DNA of 64,000 bases from Candidatus Iainarchaeum sp. (lineage in GTDB: Archaea > B1Sed10-29 > WALL01). How positions within the stretch are numbered: the first letter of the stretch is position 1; the number at the start of each line of letters is the position of its first letter. The stretch is taken from contig JAGMCR010000017.1 in NCBI GenBank assembly GCA_023129115.1, positions 1-64,000 of the forward strand, read 5' to 3'. A program made the translations under genes and the position numbers. The notes below the pieces were generated by a model. The model was not told where the DNA came from, searched no databases, and was given only the letters and a program-made list of their open reading frames with translations. Of this stretch, positions 1 through 8,936 are shown in pieces.

Positions 1-34
1 TAAGCAAGTACTCAGTCGCTCCCTGCCCGCGCAT
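1..34 (-). CDS. Partial CDS (runs off the window edge): class III signal peptide (pilin-like, DUF361-type) protein
   Basis: Manual reverse-strand translation from ATG at 34 gives MRGQGATEYLL, an RG|Q-x-x-x-E prepilin motif; not in the ORF track. Confidence 0.7.
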   Translation of the reverse strand, partial: MRGQGATEYLL

Positions 35-54
35 GAAAGGAAATAACGCAGATA

Positions 55-66
55 GCTATTTAAACA
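55..66. promoter_or_regulatory. Putative TATA box shared by divergent pilin-like genes
   Basis: TATTTAAA about 25 bp from both the minus-strand ATG (34) and the plus-strand start (86/89). Confidence 0.5.
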
Positions 67-85
67 TTCCTTTCGTTTTCCTCCC

Positions 86-541
86 GTGATGAGGGGACAG
101 GTAACCATAGAATACATCCTGATTCTAGTAATAATGCTCGTTATTCTGGCCACAGTCTCCATGCCGACCGTCGAACAAGTCGAGGCAGACGTCACCGACA
201 CCGGAAACGCAATCAACCTCGCCGCAGCCCAGCAAAGAATCATTTCAACAGCCAACGAAATGAAGCTCACCGGATGCGGCTCCAAAAAAACAATCACGGT
301 ATACATCCAGCGCGACCTATTCACCCCCGCCAGAATCGAGTGGGACGCCAGTAAAGTATGGGGCAACTTCACCCACATGAGCGGCGAAACATCAAAGCTC
401 AAGTCCCTCGGCTACCCAGACAACATAAAAATCGACAGGGTCTCCGGAAGCGGCGGCTACTGGGACATCAGCATAGCCAAGGACTGCACCGGCGCACCGC
501 CCAGCTGCCTCCCCAATTGCTGCATAGGGGTAGGCTGCTGA
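86..541 (+). CDS. Class III signal peptide pilin-like protein with Cys-rich C-terminus
   Basis: MRG|QVTIEY followed by a hydrophobic helix; C-terminal C-x5-C-x3-CC-x4-C. Confidence 0.8.
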   Translation: MMRGQVTIEYILILVIMLVILATVSMPTVEQVEADVTDTGNAINLAAAQQRIISTANEMKLTGCGSKKTITVYIQRDLFTPARIEWDASKVWGNFTHMSGETSKLKSLGYPDNIKIDRVSGSGGYWDISIAKDCTGAPPSCLPNCCIGVGC

Positions 542-921
542 TGAAAGGCCAGACAGCACTCGAAATGACACTCATCACCGCGCTCGTAATCATCGTCGCC
601 GGAATGGTATACGTCTCGTACTTCGGCGAATCCTCTGACACCATCGCAGAAACAACCATCCGCACCCAGCTCGACCTACTCCTCTCCCAGGCCGCGTTCA
701 TCGACGCCAGCTGCGCCAACGCAAGGCTGGACTACTTCAACGAGACCAGCAACGGCTACTACCTAATCTACCTCGACCCCCCTGAATGCGAGCAGGCCCT
801 CCTCACCCGAGACCGCCTCGACGACATCCAGGGCCGCGTCAGCGAAGCCCTCGGCTGCCGCTACGACGAGTACGGCCACTGCAAAGGCAAAAGTTATATA
901 CTTTACCCATCCACACTATAA
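541..921 (+). CDS. Class III signal peptide pilin-like protein
   Basis: MKG|QTALEM plus hydrophobic stretch; start overlaps the upstream stop (TGATG); the track ORF 358..921 is over-extended. Confidence 0.8.
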   Translation: MKGQTALEMTLITALVIIVAGMVYVSYFGESSDTIAETTIRTQLDLLLSQAAFIDASCANARLDYFNETSNGYYLIYLDPPECEQALLTRDRLDDIQGRVSEALGCRYDEYGHCKGKSYILYPSTL

Positions 922-931
922 CCTGGGGAGA

Positions 932-2074
932 ATGAAGGGAGAGGCGAGAGCACTGTGCATCGCAGCAGCAGCCCTCGGCCTGGCACTCGCCCAGGACGCC
1001 AGCGTGGTGATTGGCTGCATAGCCGGAATCGTCACGGGGCTCGTCCCCGGCCTCCACCCCAACACCTTCCTCCCGTTCCTCACCGGCCGCGGGTTCATAA
1101 TCGGCCTCGCGGTCTCGCACTCCTTCTTCAGCTTCATCCCCGCCATCATGCTCGGCGCCCCGGACGAGGCCTCGTCATTGTCAGTCCTCCCCGGCCACAA
1201 ATTACTGCTCCGCGGCAAAGCCCTCGAGGCCTTCCGCATAACAATACTCGGCGGCCTCTTCGCGGGCACGGCAGCAGTCGCCGCTGTCCCGTTCCTCGGG
1301 TTCGCCGGAAAAATGCCGTTCCTCGCGCCCATAGTTCTCGTATTCACATTGGGAGTGATGGCATACACCGCCAAAAGCAAAGCCAAGACAATCGCGATAA
1401 TGGCGGCGTCCGCAGCAATCGGCCACGCCGCGCTCGCAGGCAACGCCTTGCCCGCGATGCTCGCCGGATTCTTCGGCACAAGCACAATACTTTACTCACT
1501 CGCCACCGCGCCGTCAATCCCGCCCCAGCTCCCCCACGGCGATGCAACCATCACAAACAGGCAGGCAGGGCTCGCCGCGGCAGCGGGCTGGCTCGCCGGC
1601 CTCTTCCCCGCGGTCTCCCCATCGGTCGCGGCAATGGCGGTCTGCCCGAGGATGCGCCCCCGCGAGTTCCTCGCGGTCCTCGGCGGCACCAACACTGTCT
1701 ACGCCATCGCCGCAGTCCTCGCCATCCAGCTAATCGGCAGGCCGAGGAGCGGCGCGGCAATCGCCGTGGCAGCCGAGCGCCCGTCATTATTGTTCATCGC
1801 CGGCGCGTCACTTGCCGCCATAGGGATCTCGGCGTGGCTCGCGTGGCAGCTGTCGAAGACAATAGTGCTCGCGTTCAACAAAGTCAACCACCGGGTGGCA
1901 TCGATTCTTGCGCTGGGAGTGGTAATCGCGTTGACTGCACTGGGCGGCGTGACAGCGCTCGCGTTCCTCGCCGCCTCCACTGTGGTCGGCCTGCTCTGCC
2001 TTGTGTGGGGGCAGAAGAGGAGCACGTGCATGGCAAGCCTTTTAATCCCTGTCCTGCTTTACTTTGTGCTGTGA
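932..2074 (+). CDS. Tripartite tricarboxylate transporter TctA-family (DUF112/COG1784-like) membrane protein
   Basis: G-x-x-TGLVPGLHPN, FIPAIMLGAPD, SVLPGH and RPRSG motifs; polytopic hydrophobic protein. Confidence 0.8.
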   Translation: MKGEARALCIAAAALGLALAQDASVVIGCIAGIVTGLVPGLHPNTFLPFLTGRGFIIGLAVSHSFFSFIPAIMLGAPDEASSLSVLPGHKLLLRGKALEAFRITILGGLFAGTAAVAAVPFLGFAGKMPFLAPIVLVFTLGVMAYTAKSKAKTIAIMAASAAIGHAALAGNALPAMLAGFFGTSTILYSLATAPSIPPQLPHGDATITNRQAGLAAAAGWLAGLFPAVSPSVAAMAVCPRMRPREFLAVLGGTNTVYAIAAVLAIQLIGRPRSGAAIAVAAERPSLLFIAGASLAAIGISAWLAWQLSKTIVLAFNKVNHRVASILALGVVIALTALGGVTALAFLAASTVVGLLCLVWGQKRSTCMASLLIPVLLYFVL

Positions 2075-2427
2075 AAATTAGCGCGACGGCAGTAGAGTTC
2101 ATCCTCGAGACCGCGAGGGGCGCGTACCCGCGCGAGTTCGTTGGCCTGCTGCGCGGCAAGGACGGCGTCATAATCGAGGTATTGATATTCCCGGGCAGCA
2201 AGTTCGAGGAAAACCGCTCGTCAATCTTCATGCACATGGTGCCGCTCGACCCGTCAATCGTGGGCTCGGTGCACTCGCACCCCGGCCCGGCAAGGCCTTC
2301 GCGTGCAGACCTCCAGTTCTTCGAGAGGGGCATGGTCAACATCATCGCGGGACGCCCCTACACGTTCGAGAACCTCGCGGCGTTCGACGCCCACGGCAAC
2401 CCCACAAAGCTAGAAATAGTTAAATAG
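2071..2427 (+). CDS. JAB/MPN+ (Mov34) metalloprotease
   Basis: GTG start overlapping the upstream stop; YPREFVGLL and GSVHSHPG..PSRAD (JAMM motif HxHx7Sx2D). Confidence 0.88.
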   Translation: MKISATAVEFILETARGAYPREFVGLLRGKDGVIIEVLIFPGSKFEENRSSIFMHMVPLDPSIVGSVHSHPGPARPSRADLQFFERGMVNIIAGRPYTFENLAAFDAHGNPTKLEIVK

Positions 2428-2449
2428 CACCACTCCGTATTCTGTCTTG

Positions 2450-2980
2450 ATGCGGGGCTCCCTGACGCTTGAGTTCATACTGTCGCTTGTGCTGCTTATC
2501 GCCAGCGCAGGCGCTTTCTTCGCCCTCGCCAACGCGCAAATCGAGAACACGGTGGTCGCGTCCACGCAGTACAAGGCAGAGGCCATGGCCATGTCCATCG
2601 GCTCGGCAATCAACCACTTCGCCGCGCTGGAACCAGGCCCGGGCTCGTACATGGAGCTCAACTTCACCGGCCTCCCCGAGTCAACGGGCCAGGCGTCGTT
2701 TGGGATGCCCGGGTTTTCCGCGTTCGCCACCACAGAAGAATGCAACATCACTTACGACAGCCGCGTGAACCAAATCATTGTTGAGGTGACGGTCTACCGC
2801 ATGGACTCCAGTGCGCCGACCATTGTCACGGCCCGTTATCCCATAGTCAATACCGCGAATATCCGTCGTATGATGGGCTGCCCCACGAGCCCGGTCTTCA
2901 GCGTCGGCTGCGACGAAGGCCTCAAGGCAGGCTTTGACAGTGACTTCGACACCGGCTGGGTGGAGGTGAAGCCGCTGTGA
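2450..2980 (+). CDS. Class III signal peptide pilin-like protein
   Basis: MRG|SLTLEF plus hydrophobic helix. Confidence 0.75.
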   Translation: MRGSLTLEFILSLVLLIASAGAFFALANAQIENTVVASTQYKAEAMAMSIGSAINHFAALEPGPGSYMELNFTGLPESTGQASFGMPGFSAFATTEECNITYDSRVNQIIVEVTVYRMDSSAPTIVTARYPIVNTANIRRMMGCPTSPVFSVGCDEGLKAGFDSDFDTGWVEVKPL

Positions 2981-3348
2981 GGGGCCAAATCTTCGTGGTC
3001 GACCTGATGCTCGCCCTGATAATTGTGGTGCTTGCAATTGGCCTCGTCACGCAGGCGTGGGACTACCACCTGCAGCAGACTTCTGCAACTGTCGAGCACG
3101 CCAAGATGCAGCAAATCGCAATCGACGCCGCGGCAATTCGGTATTATTATGGCTCAAGCCTTGGGGCGGAGTACCCATATGATGGACTGGGCCGAAAAAA
3201 AGACATCCTTACCGGTGAATTCAAGGGAGGAGCGTATGACCTGGGATACGACTTGTCCGACAAACCCCAGGCAGGCATGACGTGCATCGGCAGCACTCGC
3301 GGCACCAAGGGCAATGAAGTGGAGGTGTTCGTCTGCAGAAAGGCCTGA
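2977..3348 (+). CDS. Class III signal peptide (minor pilin-like) protein
   Basis: MRG|QIFVVD plus hydrophobic helix; GTGA overlap with the upstream gene. Confidence 0.75.
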   Translation: MRGQIFVVDLMLALIIVVLAIGLVTQAWDYHLQQTSATVEHAKMQQIAIDAAAIRYYYGSSLGAEYPYDGLGRKKDILTGEFKGGAYDLGYDLSDKPQAGMTCIGSTRGTKGNEVEVFVCRKA

Positions 3349-3587
3349 TATTCAGCGCCGAGGCAGTCTACGTAATCGTCGTAGTGTTCGCGGCAGTCAT
3401 AATCCTCCTTGGCTCGCTTCCGTCCGCCAGCATCCCGAACTACGACGAGGTCCAGGCCATGAAAGCCGCCCACGACGCAGGGCAGGAAGCCACCGGCTTG
3501 CCAGACGGCTACACCACGGACTGCGCTGGAGAAGCCATCGCAAAGCTAGAGTACTACAACGCGACACGGGAGGTGTGCATGAAATGA
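3333..3587 (+). CDS. Small pilin-like protein, probable CTG start
   Basis: SD GGAGGTG then CTG CAG AAA GGC CTG ATA TTC AGC GCC GAG, giving (M)QKG|LIFSAE plus hydrophobic helix; in frame with track ORF 3384..3587. Confidence 0.6.
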   Translation: MQKGLIFSAEAVYVIVVVFAAVIILLGSLPSASIPNYDEVQAMKAAHDAGQEATGLPDGYTTDCAGEAIAKLEYYNATREVCMK

Positions 3588-4117
3588 AGGGGTTCATGGG
3601 CACCGCGGCCGCACTACTGTTCGCGTTCTCGCTCGTCACCGCAGCCTATACGTTCATGCTCTCCCAGTCAGACCTCAGCGACTCCTCCATCACCGGAAGA
3701 GTGGTCGAGAGCGCGAAATGGGCGGTCGAGGCAGAAGCATTCCAGTGCCCCACTGCCAGTGGCGTATTCAACAGCGACAAGGGAATCGGCAGCGACGTAA
3801 TCGACTCAGTCAACGGCAACCAGAGCGACATAATCGGCTACCAAACCGGGTTCATAGACATAACCATCCACCTAGAGACAGACTACGCGCCCGGAGTCAA
3901 AATCCAGTACGACAGCGGCACCAACAACCTCTCGTGGTCGCCGTGCGACCCCGACGGCGATGCCGTGACGTACACGCTCCAGAGCTACGGCGGCGCCAAA
4001 AAGATGGGATTAACCACGTCCACAAACCCGCTCGTGAGCGACACATACTGGATAGAGGCAGAAGACTCGAAGAACAACGTCGGCTACAGCAAAAAAGTCA
4101 TCGTCACAATAGTTTGA
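3584..4117 (+). CDS. Secreted or pilin-associated protein with beta-rich C-terminal domain
   Basis: MKG|FMGTAAALLFAFSL N-terminus; LSWSPCDPDGDAVTYTL and YWIEAEDS resemble an Fn3/Ig-like strand pattern; ATGA overlap. Confidence 0.65.
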   Translation: MKGFMGTAAALLFAFSLVTAAYTFMLSQSDLSDSSITGRVVESAKWAVEAEAFQCPTASGVFNSDKGIGSDVIDSVNGNQSDIIGYQTGFIDITIHLETDYAPGVKIQYDSGTNNLSWSPCDPDGDAVTYTLQSYGGAKKMGLTTSTNPLVSDTYWIEAEDSKNNVGYSKKVIVTIV

Positions 4118-4937
4118 GGAACTCGTCCAACGAAACCCCTTTTTCCTTCGCGAGCATTCGAATGAACTTGTCCGAGCGCGAGCCGTACTGCGCAGCCTTC
4201 TTGGGCGTGGCAGCAATTTCGCGCGGCAAACCAAGCTCGACAGCAATCTCCCGCAGCACGAGCTTGTTGTTTTCCGCGCTGATTTTCTGTTCCGCGGGAA
4301 TCGCGAGCGCCTCCTCGACAAACGCTTGGTCTATGTAAGGGAAAAGTGCTTCTTTTCCCCACGCCGTGCACACGGCGATGTCCCTGCTGATGTCGCGGTC
4401 CCACGCGCCCATCACGCCGCGGAAGCACTCGTCGTCAATCGCGCGGTAGTCCGGGAGCAGTTTCCGGTGCCGCTGGTAGCCAGCGAACGGTTCCTCGGTG
4501 CCCATGCCGAAGAAGACTGCGTTTTCGCTCGCCTCTTTCACGCAGAACCAGAGCGGCAATGCAACGCCGAGCTTCATCACGTTCGTGCTGTTGAGGGCGG
4601 CAGCAACTTTCGGCAGCTCTTCGCGCACGTCGCCGATGGTGAAGTCGATTCTTTTTAGCTCGACACCAAGCAGCGGCGCGCTCTTCGCAGAAAGATTCCA
4701 GTCGTGCGAGTCCTTTGCCGCGGCACAGTAGCACTTGAGCGCCAGCTTGTCTTTCAACAATAACGCGAGCAGCGACGAGTCCACGCCCCCGGAAAAAAGA
4801 AGTGCGGCTTCGGAAAGCCCGCGGCTGCGCCTGTCAACAGAATCGAGAAGAAGCTGCTTGAGCCTTGCCGGGCTGCCGTTGGTTCGCCTTGGAATCGACG
4901 GCTGCTTCGCCCACTCGCCGTCCATCTGGGGCCTCAC
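4104..4937 (-). CDS. Asparagine synthase C-terminal (PP-loop) domain protein
   Basis: LLFSGGVDSS PP-loop, FPYID, KLVLR and KKAAQYGS motifs; no Ntn glutaminase domain. Confidence 0.82.
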   Translation of the reverse strand: MRPQMDGEWAKQPSIPRRTNGSPARLKQLLLDSVDRRSRGLSEAALLFSGGVDSSLLALLLKDKLALKCYCAAAKDSHDWNLSAKSAPLLGVELKRIDFTIGDVREELPKVAAALNSTNVMKLGVALPLWFCVKEASENAVFFGMGTEEPFAGYQRHRKLLPDYRAIDDECFRGVMGAWDRDISRDIAVCTAWGKEALFPYIDQAFVEEALAIPAEQKISAENNKLVLREIAVELGLPREIAATPKKAAQYGSRSDKFIRMLAKEKGVSLDEFLKLL

Positions 4938-5266
4938 TCGCTCTTTCTCTTGAGCAGAACCCTTCTGGGCTTGGCCGGTGCCTGCGCCTCTTCCCTCTCC
5001 GGCTCTTTCGCAGCAGGCGCGGTTGCGCTGGTGCGGCCAAGAATCTCGTCCTCGCTCTTGTTCAGCATGATGACGTCCTCGATTGCCCCGACATCCTCGA
5101 ACTGGATGTTGAGCTGGCCCATCTTCATCTTGGTCAGCACGCCCTTCGGCATCGCAATCAAGTGAGTAATCCTGCCCTTGGTGGTGAACACGACGTCATG
5201 GAGAAAGCCCACACGCTCCCCGTGGCGGTCAATGATTTCCTTGCCCTCTAGCTCCTTGAAAAGCAT
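4934..5266 (-). CDS. PRC-barrel domain protein
   Basis: ELEGKEIIDRHGERVGFLHDVVF and IQFEDVGAIEDVIML, a PRC-barrel pattern. Confidence 0.8.
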   Translation of the reverse strand: MLFKELEGKEIIDRHGERVGFLHDVVFTTKGRITHLIAMPKGVLTKMKMGQLNIQFEDVGAIEDVIMLNKSEDEILGRTSATAPAAKEPEREEAQAPAKPRRVLLKRKSE

Positions 5267-5310
5267 GGTTGGGTTTTTAGCGAGGGAGTATAAAATCGTT
5301 TGCAATTCGC

Positions 5311-6252
5311 TTATTTCATTCTGTAGTGGTTGGACAGCCGTCCGGTGCGCGGACTCACGGTTTTTCCAATAATCTCCGCGACTGGCTTCTTCAAGTCAAA
5401 GTACTTAGGGCGCTTTCCGCAAAGGAGCTTCAGTGTGGTGTTTACACAAATTCCGAGTTTCCATCTGACCGCAGCTGATTTTTTCCGGTAGCGCTGCATG
5501 TCCTTCTGTGAGACCCGCACGTTCTCCATCGCTTGGGTCTCATATGTGGACATGATATGGTCCGCCACTTCAGTCCGTGTTGTCCCGCGCTCCAGCATCC
5601 CGACCATTTTTTCGTGAAACTCGTCACTATAGTCAAGGAACGGCATGGATTGCGTGAAAGCCTTTTCCATAAGTATGCGCCTGCGCATCGCCGGGCGATT
5701 TCGTTCTTTATGCAGCTCCAGGAGGATTTTTTTGTCTCGGGAGTAGTGTGTTATACTGAGCTCATCAGTAACGTTTGAACTGCCCTGTGCCCGCCCTGGA
5801 GTGATTATTTTCATGGAGTAAAGATCCTGTGATGCAATCATCGAGCGGAGAATGGAGTGGCATCTGTTCATTATTTTTTTTGCGGTTGTATCGTCCACGT
5901 GGCTTTTCTCCTTTATCCGCCTAATGAATTCTCTCGTAAAGTGGTTTGTCGTGAACCAGTCCCTTGCACGGGTCTCCCCCAGTACCTCTTCCAGAATTGC
6001 TTTGGTTTCCGTTTCGTCGTAAGGCACAATCTTAATCACGTTGTCCTTGTTCGCCTCCAAGTCAACGTTCCTCGAGACCTTTAGAGTGTATTCTTCCACC
6101 TCTTTTGCCCTAAACGTTTCCGTCCCGATAGAAAAAATGCCATACCCCTTCTTGACCAAGAGGCCATTCACCACCGTGCCGTTCTTGAGCGTGAGCGTCA
6201 TCAGCCGCCCAACCCCCCTCTTGAGGTTGGTGTCGAGATTTGATTTAGCCAT
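5311..6252 (-). CDS. Hypothetical basic protein, possible Sm-like N-terminus
   Basis: 313-aa ORF directly after ABCE1 with SD-like GGAGGAGTGAGGG; more AT-rich than its neighbours. Confidence 0.65.
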   Translation of the reverse strand: MAKSNLDTNLKRGVGRLMTLTLKNGTVVNGLLVKKGYGIFSIGTETFRAKEVEEYTLKVSRNVDLEANKDNVIKIVPYDETETKAILEEVLGETRARDWFTTNHFTREFIRRIKEKSHVDDTTAKKIMNRCHSILRSMIASQDLYSMKIITPGRAQGSSNVTDELSITHYSRDKKILLELHKERNRPAMRRRILMEKAFTQSMPFLDYSDEFHEKMVGMLERGTTRTEVADHIMSTYETQAMENVRVSQKDMQRYRKKSAAVRWKLGICVNTTLKLLCGKRPKYFDLKKPVAEIIGKTVSPRTGRLSNHYRMK

Positions 6253-6255
6253 CCC

Positions 6256-7992
6256 TCACTCCTCCACCGCGTAGTAATACTCGCCCGTCTTCTTCTGCTC
6301 AGAGTCTTTCTGGGAGTCCGGCTTGTTCGCCCGCGGCCGGCCCGAATCAGGGTCGCGGCGGTAAGTAATCGCCATGCCCTCAAGGAAACGGTTCATGCCC
6401 GAGTGCATCGCCTCCGCGGCACGCGCTTTGCCCGTCTTGCTGGCCTCTCCCTCGAACACCATGAGCCTGTCCGACACATAGTCCTGGAGCGTGATGTCGT
6501 GGTCGATGACCATCGTCGTGATTTCCTGCTTCTCGGTGACCTTCCGGATGATGTCCGCGAACTTGATGCGCTGCTCCACGTCCAAAAACGCGCTCGGCTC
6601 GTCAAGCAGGCAGAGCTCGCAGTCCCGCGCCAGGGCAAGCACAATCCCAACGCGCTGCATCTCGCCGCCCGACAATTCCTTGACGCGCTTGCTGTACAAG
6701 TCCTTCACCTCGGGCTTGAGGTAGGTGTCGAACACCTCGCGGTTGATTTCCTCGCGGCCAATCAATTCCTGGACAGTGCCCTCGAAGTCGCTGGAGATGT
6801 ACTGTGGCTTGTACGAAATCGCGAGCGACCAGTCCAGCGAGGGCTCGCCCTTCTCCACGCCCGCAAGAACCTTCATGAAAGTCGATTTCCCAATAGCGTT
6901 CGGGCCGAGTATCCCAATGACCTCGCCCTGCCGCAGCACGCCGCCCTCTGCGTCCAGCGAAAACGACGCGTACTTCTTGGTGAACGCGGGGTACTCCTGG
7001 TAGTCCCTGCCCTCCCACTCCGTGGCGGGCGGCTTCACCAGGAACTTTATTCCCTCTTTCCTGAACCGCATGTTCTCCGCGCGCAGGTAGCCGTCGAGGA
7101 ACTCGTTAATTCCGACGCGCACGCTCTTCAGCGTCGACACGATGCCGTACGCGCCTGGCTTGCCGTACAGGACGTGCACGTAGTCGCTGAGGTAGTCAAG
7201 CACAGCGAGGTCGTGCTCGACGACAAGCACCTTTTTTGTCTCGGCTAGGCCCCGAATCAGCTTCGCCACGCGCAGCCGCTGCTTGACGTCTAGGTAAGTC
7301 GTTGGCTCGTCAAAGAAGTACATGTCCGCGTCGCGCCCGAGCGCCACGGCAATCGCGATGCGCTGGAGCTCGCCGCCGCTGACCTCGTCCAAGTTCCTGT
7401 CCGCCAGGTGGGAAATCCCGAGCCTGGACAAGTCGAAAGAAGCGCTTTCTTTTTCGAGCAGCTCGCTTACTGTTCCTGGAAACGCCTTGGGAATCAGGTC
7501 GACGTTCTGGGGCTTCGCAGAGATGTGCGTCCCGCCCTCGGCGAGCGCCTCGAGGTGCGTCTGGATTTCGTTGCCGCGGTGCAGCTCAATGACCTTGTGC
7601 CAGTCCTTGTTCTCTCCGCCGAGGTTGGGCACGAGCTGGCCAGCAAGCATTTTGACGAGCGTGGTCTTGCCGGTGGCGTTGCTGCCGATTAATCCGACGA
7701 CGCCTTCCTTGGGGACAGGCAAGCCAAACACGCGGAAGCCGTTCTTGCCGTACTGGTGCATTGGGTTGCCCAATTCTTCGGGCAGGTTAATGATTGTGAT
7801 TGCTGAATACGGGCACTTCTTCGTGCAAATCCCACAACCCGAGCAAAGCTCTTCCGAAATCTCCGGGTAGCCGTCCTCCCCCTTGATTATTGTTTCCTGC
7901 CCCATGCGCACGCCCGGGCAGAACTTGATGCACTCATAGCTGCAGCTCTTGCCGCGGACGCACTTCTTCCTGTCCAGGACAGCTATTCGCAT
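6256..7992 (-). CDS. rli1: Ribosome recycling ATPase ABCE1/RLI1
   Basis: N-terminal Fe-S cysteines (CSGCGICTKKCP), two ABC domains (GSNATGKT, SGGELQ, GPNAIGKS, SGGEMQ), C-terminal GRPRANK. Confidence 0.97.
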   Translation of the reverse strand: MRIAVLDRKKCVRGKSCSYECIKFCPGVRMGQETIIKGEDGYPEISEELCSGCGICTKKCPYSAITIINLPEELGNPMHQYGKNGFRVFGLPVPKEGVVGLIGSNATGKTTLVKMLAGQLVPNLGGENKDWHKVIELHRGNEIQTHLEALAEGGTHISAKPQNVDLIPKAFPGTVSELLEKESASFDLSRLGISHLADRNLDEVSGGELQRIAIAVALGRDADMYFFDEPTTYLDVKQRLRVAKLIRGLAETKKVLVVEHDLAVLDYLSDYVHVLYGKPGAYGIVSTLKSVRVGINEFLDGYLRAENMRFRKEGIKFLVKPPATEWEGRDYQEYPAFTKKYASFSLDAEGGVLRQGEVIGILGPNAIGKSTFMKVLAGVEKGEPSLDWSLAISYKPQYISSDFEGTVQELIGREEINREVFDTYLKPEVKDLYSKRVKELSGGEMQRVGIVLALARDCELCLLDEPSAFLDVEQRIKFADIIRKVTEKQEITTMVIDHDITLQDYVSDRLMVFEGEASKTGKARAAEAMHSGMNRFLEGMAITYRRDPDSGRPRANKPDSQKDSEQKKTGEYYYAVEE

Positions 7993-8048
7993 AACTAACC
8001 AGTTTAGCAAAGCCTCCTTTTTAAACCTAGATAGCCCTAATCCTCTTC

Positions 8049-8936
8049 GTGATGCTCGAATACGAGACCGTGGAAGAGCTTAAGGAAAAGCTGGCGAAAA
8101 TCAAGAAGCCAAGGGTAGTGGTATACTTTGGTACGCATGAGCCCGCCGAGCCGACGACAGACCTAGTGAAGCGCATAGAAAAGGACTACGGCCCGGAAGT
8201 GCTTTTCGTCAAGCACCCAGAGGCCCACACGCCATTGGCTTGGTTCAGGAAGTGCCATGAAACGTTCCGCGAGATAGCAAAGACACTAAAAGCCGGAGAG
8301 TTGCCAGAGAATGCAGACACGTACCTCAAGAGCCTTAGCCCAGAGAAGCTAAAAATAGCTGGCCAGCTATTCGAAGACTATCTCGACGGAAGAGTGCTGA
8401 AAGAAGGGCAGTGGGGCGATCCGGTTTCAGGCGCAATGACGAGGTTCGACTATAACGCAGAAAAAGCGGGGCTAAATGACTCGAAAATTTTGGATGTCCT
8501 ATATGACCACTTGCCAGACCTCATTAATTCTGCAGAATCCCACAAAATAATCCAAAAACAGCTCCCTGAAGCCCAGCTGATTGATGTCCACGGCACTGCG
8601 GACGGCAGCACCGTTGACGTGCAAAAGAAGCGTTACGAGGGCACGGACGTTATCGTTGATGTCCACGGCACTGCGGACGGCACCGCCATTGGCGTGCTCG
8701 AGAAGCGTTACGAGGAGGGGAACATTACCCTGGAGTATCTTTACTCCCCTAAGGGGCTAAAGCCGGTGGAAAAAGACCATCATGTCCTGCGCCGCATGGC
8801 GGGCCTAACCAATCTCCCGGGCCACTTCCACACGGAGGTGTACCTCAACACTTACGGCAAGGCGCATACCCAAGCCCACAACAGGGGCTTTGCCAAGGAC
8901 CTGAAAAAACGAATCAACAGGGAGCTGAAAAAGTGA
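8049..8936 (+). CDS. Hypothetical protein, remote M14/deacylase-like motifs, internal duplication
   Basis: VVVYFGTHEPAEP and IDVHG (twice); TATA upstream; GTGA overlap with pelota. Confidence 0.6.
   Translation: MMLEYETVEELKEKLAKIKKPRVVVYFGTHEPAEPTTDLVKRIEKDYGPEVLFVKHPEAHTPLAWFRKCHETFREIAKTLKAGELPENADTYLKSLSPEKLKIAGQLFEDYLDGRVLKEGQWGDPVSGAMTRFDYNAEKAGLNDSKILDVLYDHLPDLINSAESHKIIQKQLPEAQLIDVHGTADGSTVDVQKKRYEGTDVIVDVHGTADGTAIGVLEKRYEEGNITLEYLYSPKGLKPVEKDHHVLRRMAGLTNLPGHFHTEVYLNTYGKAHTQAHNRGFAKDLKKRINRELKK
8581..8715 (+). repeat. In-frame 75-bp-period tandem duplication
   Basis: TTGATGTCCACGGCACTGCGGACGGCA at 8581 and 8656; AGAAGCGTTACGAGG at 8626 and 8701. Confidence 0.9.

Noticed and set aside
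955-2427. 490-aa Arg-rich ORF suggesting a fusion
   Set aside because: The upstream part is an off-frame shadow of the TctA gene; the real JAB gene starts at GTG 2071. The same applies to the extended ORFs 21806, 36230, 46640 and 48828.
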